A stretch of 64,000 nt of DNA from Octopus sinensis (lineage: Eukaryota): NCBI RefSeq assembly GCF_006345805.1, contig NC_043013.1, positions 26,474,001-26,538,000 of the forward strand, written 5' to 3'. The notes under the pieces are model-generated. The model saw nothing but the letters and a program-made list of their open reading frames with translations. It ran no database searches and was not told the DNA's origin. How positions within the stretch are numbered: position 1 is the stretch's first letter; each line of letters opens with the position of its first letter. The translations under genes and the position numbers were made by a program. Below are positions 62,213-64,000 of the stretch, one piece after another.

Positions 62213-62815
62213 TCATAATCTGTTAGCGTCCGTTGTCCATGCTGGCATGGGTTGGACGGTTTAACCAGGGCTGGTAAGCTAGAAGGCAGCACCTGATTCC
62301 AGTCTGATTTGGCATGGTTTTCTACGGCTGGAAGCCCTTCCTAACGCTAACCACTCTGAGAGTATAATGAGTGTTTTTACGTGTCACTGGCACGGGTGCC
62401 ATTTACGTGACATCAGTATCTGCCACATCTGTGATTTTGCTTGGCTTGATAGATCTTCTCAAGGTCTCGGTCATTGCCTTCATGAGTCCCAAAGCTTGAA
62501 AGAAACTAAGCCACTTTGCCTCTGTGAGGCCCAATTCTGAAACGGTGCTCTTTATGTGCCACTGGCATGGGTGCCAGTTAGATGACACCAACATCAGCCT
62601 TGACTACGAATTCACTTGACTTGACGGGTCTTCTCAAGCACAGCATATTGCCAAAGGTCTCAGTCACTAGTCATTGCCTCTGTAAGGCTCAAAGTTCAAA
62701 GGTCATGCTTCACCACTTTATCTCATGTCTTCCTGGGTTTACCTAAACCACAGGTTCCCTCCACAGTTAGAGATCAGCACTTCTTTACACAGCTGTCCTC
62801 ATCCATATGCACCAC
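62213..62815 (-). mobile_element. RTE-clade LINE 3' end (ORF C-terminus plus 3' UTR)
   Basis: VVHMDEDSCVKKC..TVEGTCGLGKPRKT matches the ORF at 40810-40900; same UTR. Confidence 0.85.
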
Positions 62816-62827
62816 ACACACACACAC

Positions 62828-62893
<66 letters not shown>

Positions 62894-63414
62894 CTGACTT
62901 GCCAGTTGAAGGTAGTGTATGAGTGTCCAGTGAGCAAACAGAAATAAAAAAAAGATATACACACACATACATGTGTGTGAGTGAGTGTGTGAAGTGTGAT
63001 AAGTGCTGATGCATGAAAGTCTAGGCTCTTGAGTCATTCTGTAACTTCTGCTGACTAATGAGTTCTCTTTCCTTGTTTGAATCACCAAGCACACACATAT
63101 ATACATATATGTATGTTTGTATGTATAGAGTGTTTGAAGTGATGTACAGATATTGTATATTGAGAAAAAGGAAGCAGTCAGAATTTTGGATAATTCTTTA
63201 TTGGAGCTTTCGTACACTTAACTGAACTCTAAGAAATAAATTAAAACGAAAATGATGAAAACAGAACGTTTCCTTGTGAATTGGATGTGTTTGTGTTTTG
63301 TTTAGAAGAAGAGAAAATTTTGTTCTTTGGAGAAAAGGAGAAAGAGAGGGAGGTAGGGAAAAGGACAATTAAGAAAGAGGAAGAAAAGGGTGGAGGAGAA
63401 CAGAGAGAGAGAGG

Positions 63415-64000
63415 AAGGTTTCTCAGCCAAGTTCCTCAATCTTTTGTGACATGATCTTTGCAATATGGGGTCTTGCATTGTCCTGATGAAACACCACTCC
63501 CTTTTGATTCACTAAAGCAGGGTTTTTTTTTCTTCAAAGCAGCATTCAGATGCTCTAATTACTGACAATAGATTTGAGCATTGATTGTTGCATTAGTTGG
63601 TAGCAACTCTAATTGAATGACTCCTTTCCAATCCCACCCAACAGAGAGAAGAACCTTCTTTGTATGGAGTTCCCTTTTCAGTTGTGGTTGGACCTTTTCT
63701 CTTTAACCTTGCCAATGTCTACAATGCTTAACATTCTGTCCAAAAAGAGTGAGATGAGTTCACAAGAACAAAGAGAAGAGCAGATGTCCACTTGGGATTT
63801 GTGGTTGGCTTCAGACAAATCATGAGGCACTCATTTTCCATGTTTTGGGACCTTTCCAAGCTATTGAAGATGGCAGTGAACAGTTGCATGGCTTGAACAA
63901 AGCTTTCTTGCCAATTCTTCAACTGAAACTGCATGATCTTTTTCAAGTTCTGCCAAAAGGAGTTTGTCATCAAACTCAGTTGGACATCTTGTTCAAGCCT
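63415..64000 (-). mobile_element. mariner (Mos1-like) transposase pseudogene, running off the window edge
   Basis: EELARKL..SHATVHCHL..LGKV.K.GK.VPHDL and PALVNQKGVVFHQDNARPH, with stops and frameshifts. Confidence 0.85.

Overview
AT-rich, microsatellite-dense animal genomic DNA, most likely an octopus (coleoid cephalopod); this is inferred from the SINE, RTE and CR1 repeat families and was not verified by search. The supplied ORF track is mostly noise or transposon debris. Manual exon reconstruction shows one complete host gene on the minus strand: an NAD+-dependent glycerol-3-phosphate dehydrogenase (GPD1/GPD1L family). It has 9 coding exons from 54656 down to 12985 (41+181+141+139+113+121+110+107+103 = 1056 nt, 351 aa), all introns are GT-AG, and introns reach 21.5 kb. 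The rest is layered mobile DNA: tRNA-derived SINEs, CR1/RTE/L1-Tx1 LINE fragments, Gypsy fragments and a solo LTR, Tc1/mariner, hAT, piggyBac-like and other MITEs, a Helitron and a Penelope-like remnant. The most interesting signal is an in-frame 72-codon N-terminal extension of the GPD with the hallmarks of a mitochondrial presequence. Also notable are a 318-bp fold-back hairpin beside exon 4, two decayed hammerhead-ribozyme-like motifs, an inverted repeat pair that provides empty sites for two nested insertions, and a sharp CpG depletion boundary near the promoter. Most repeat boundaries are approximate; exon coordinates were counted base by base.
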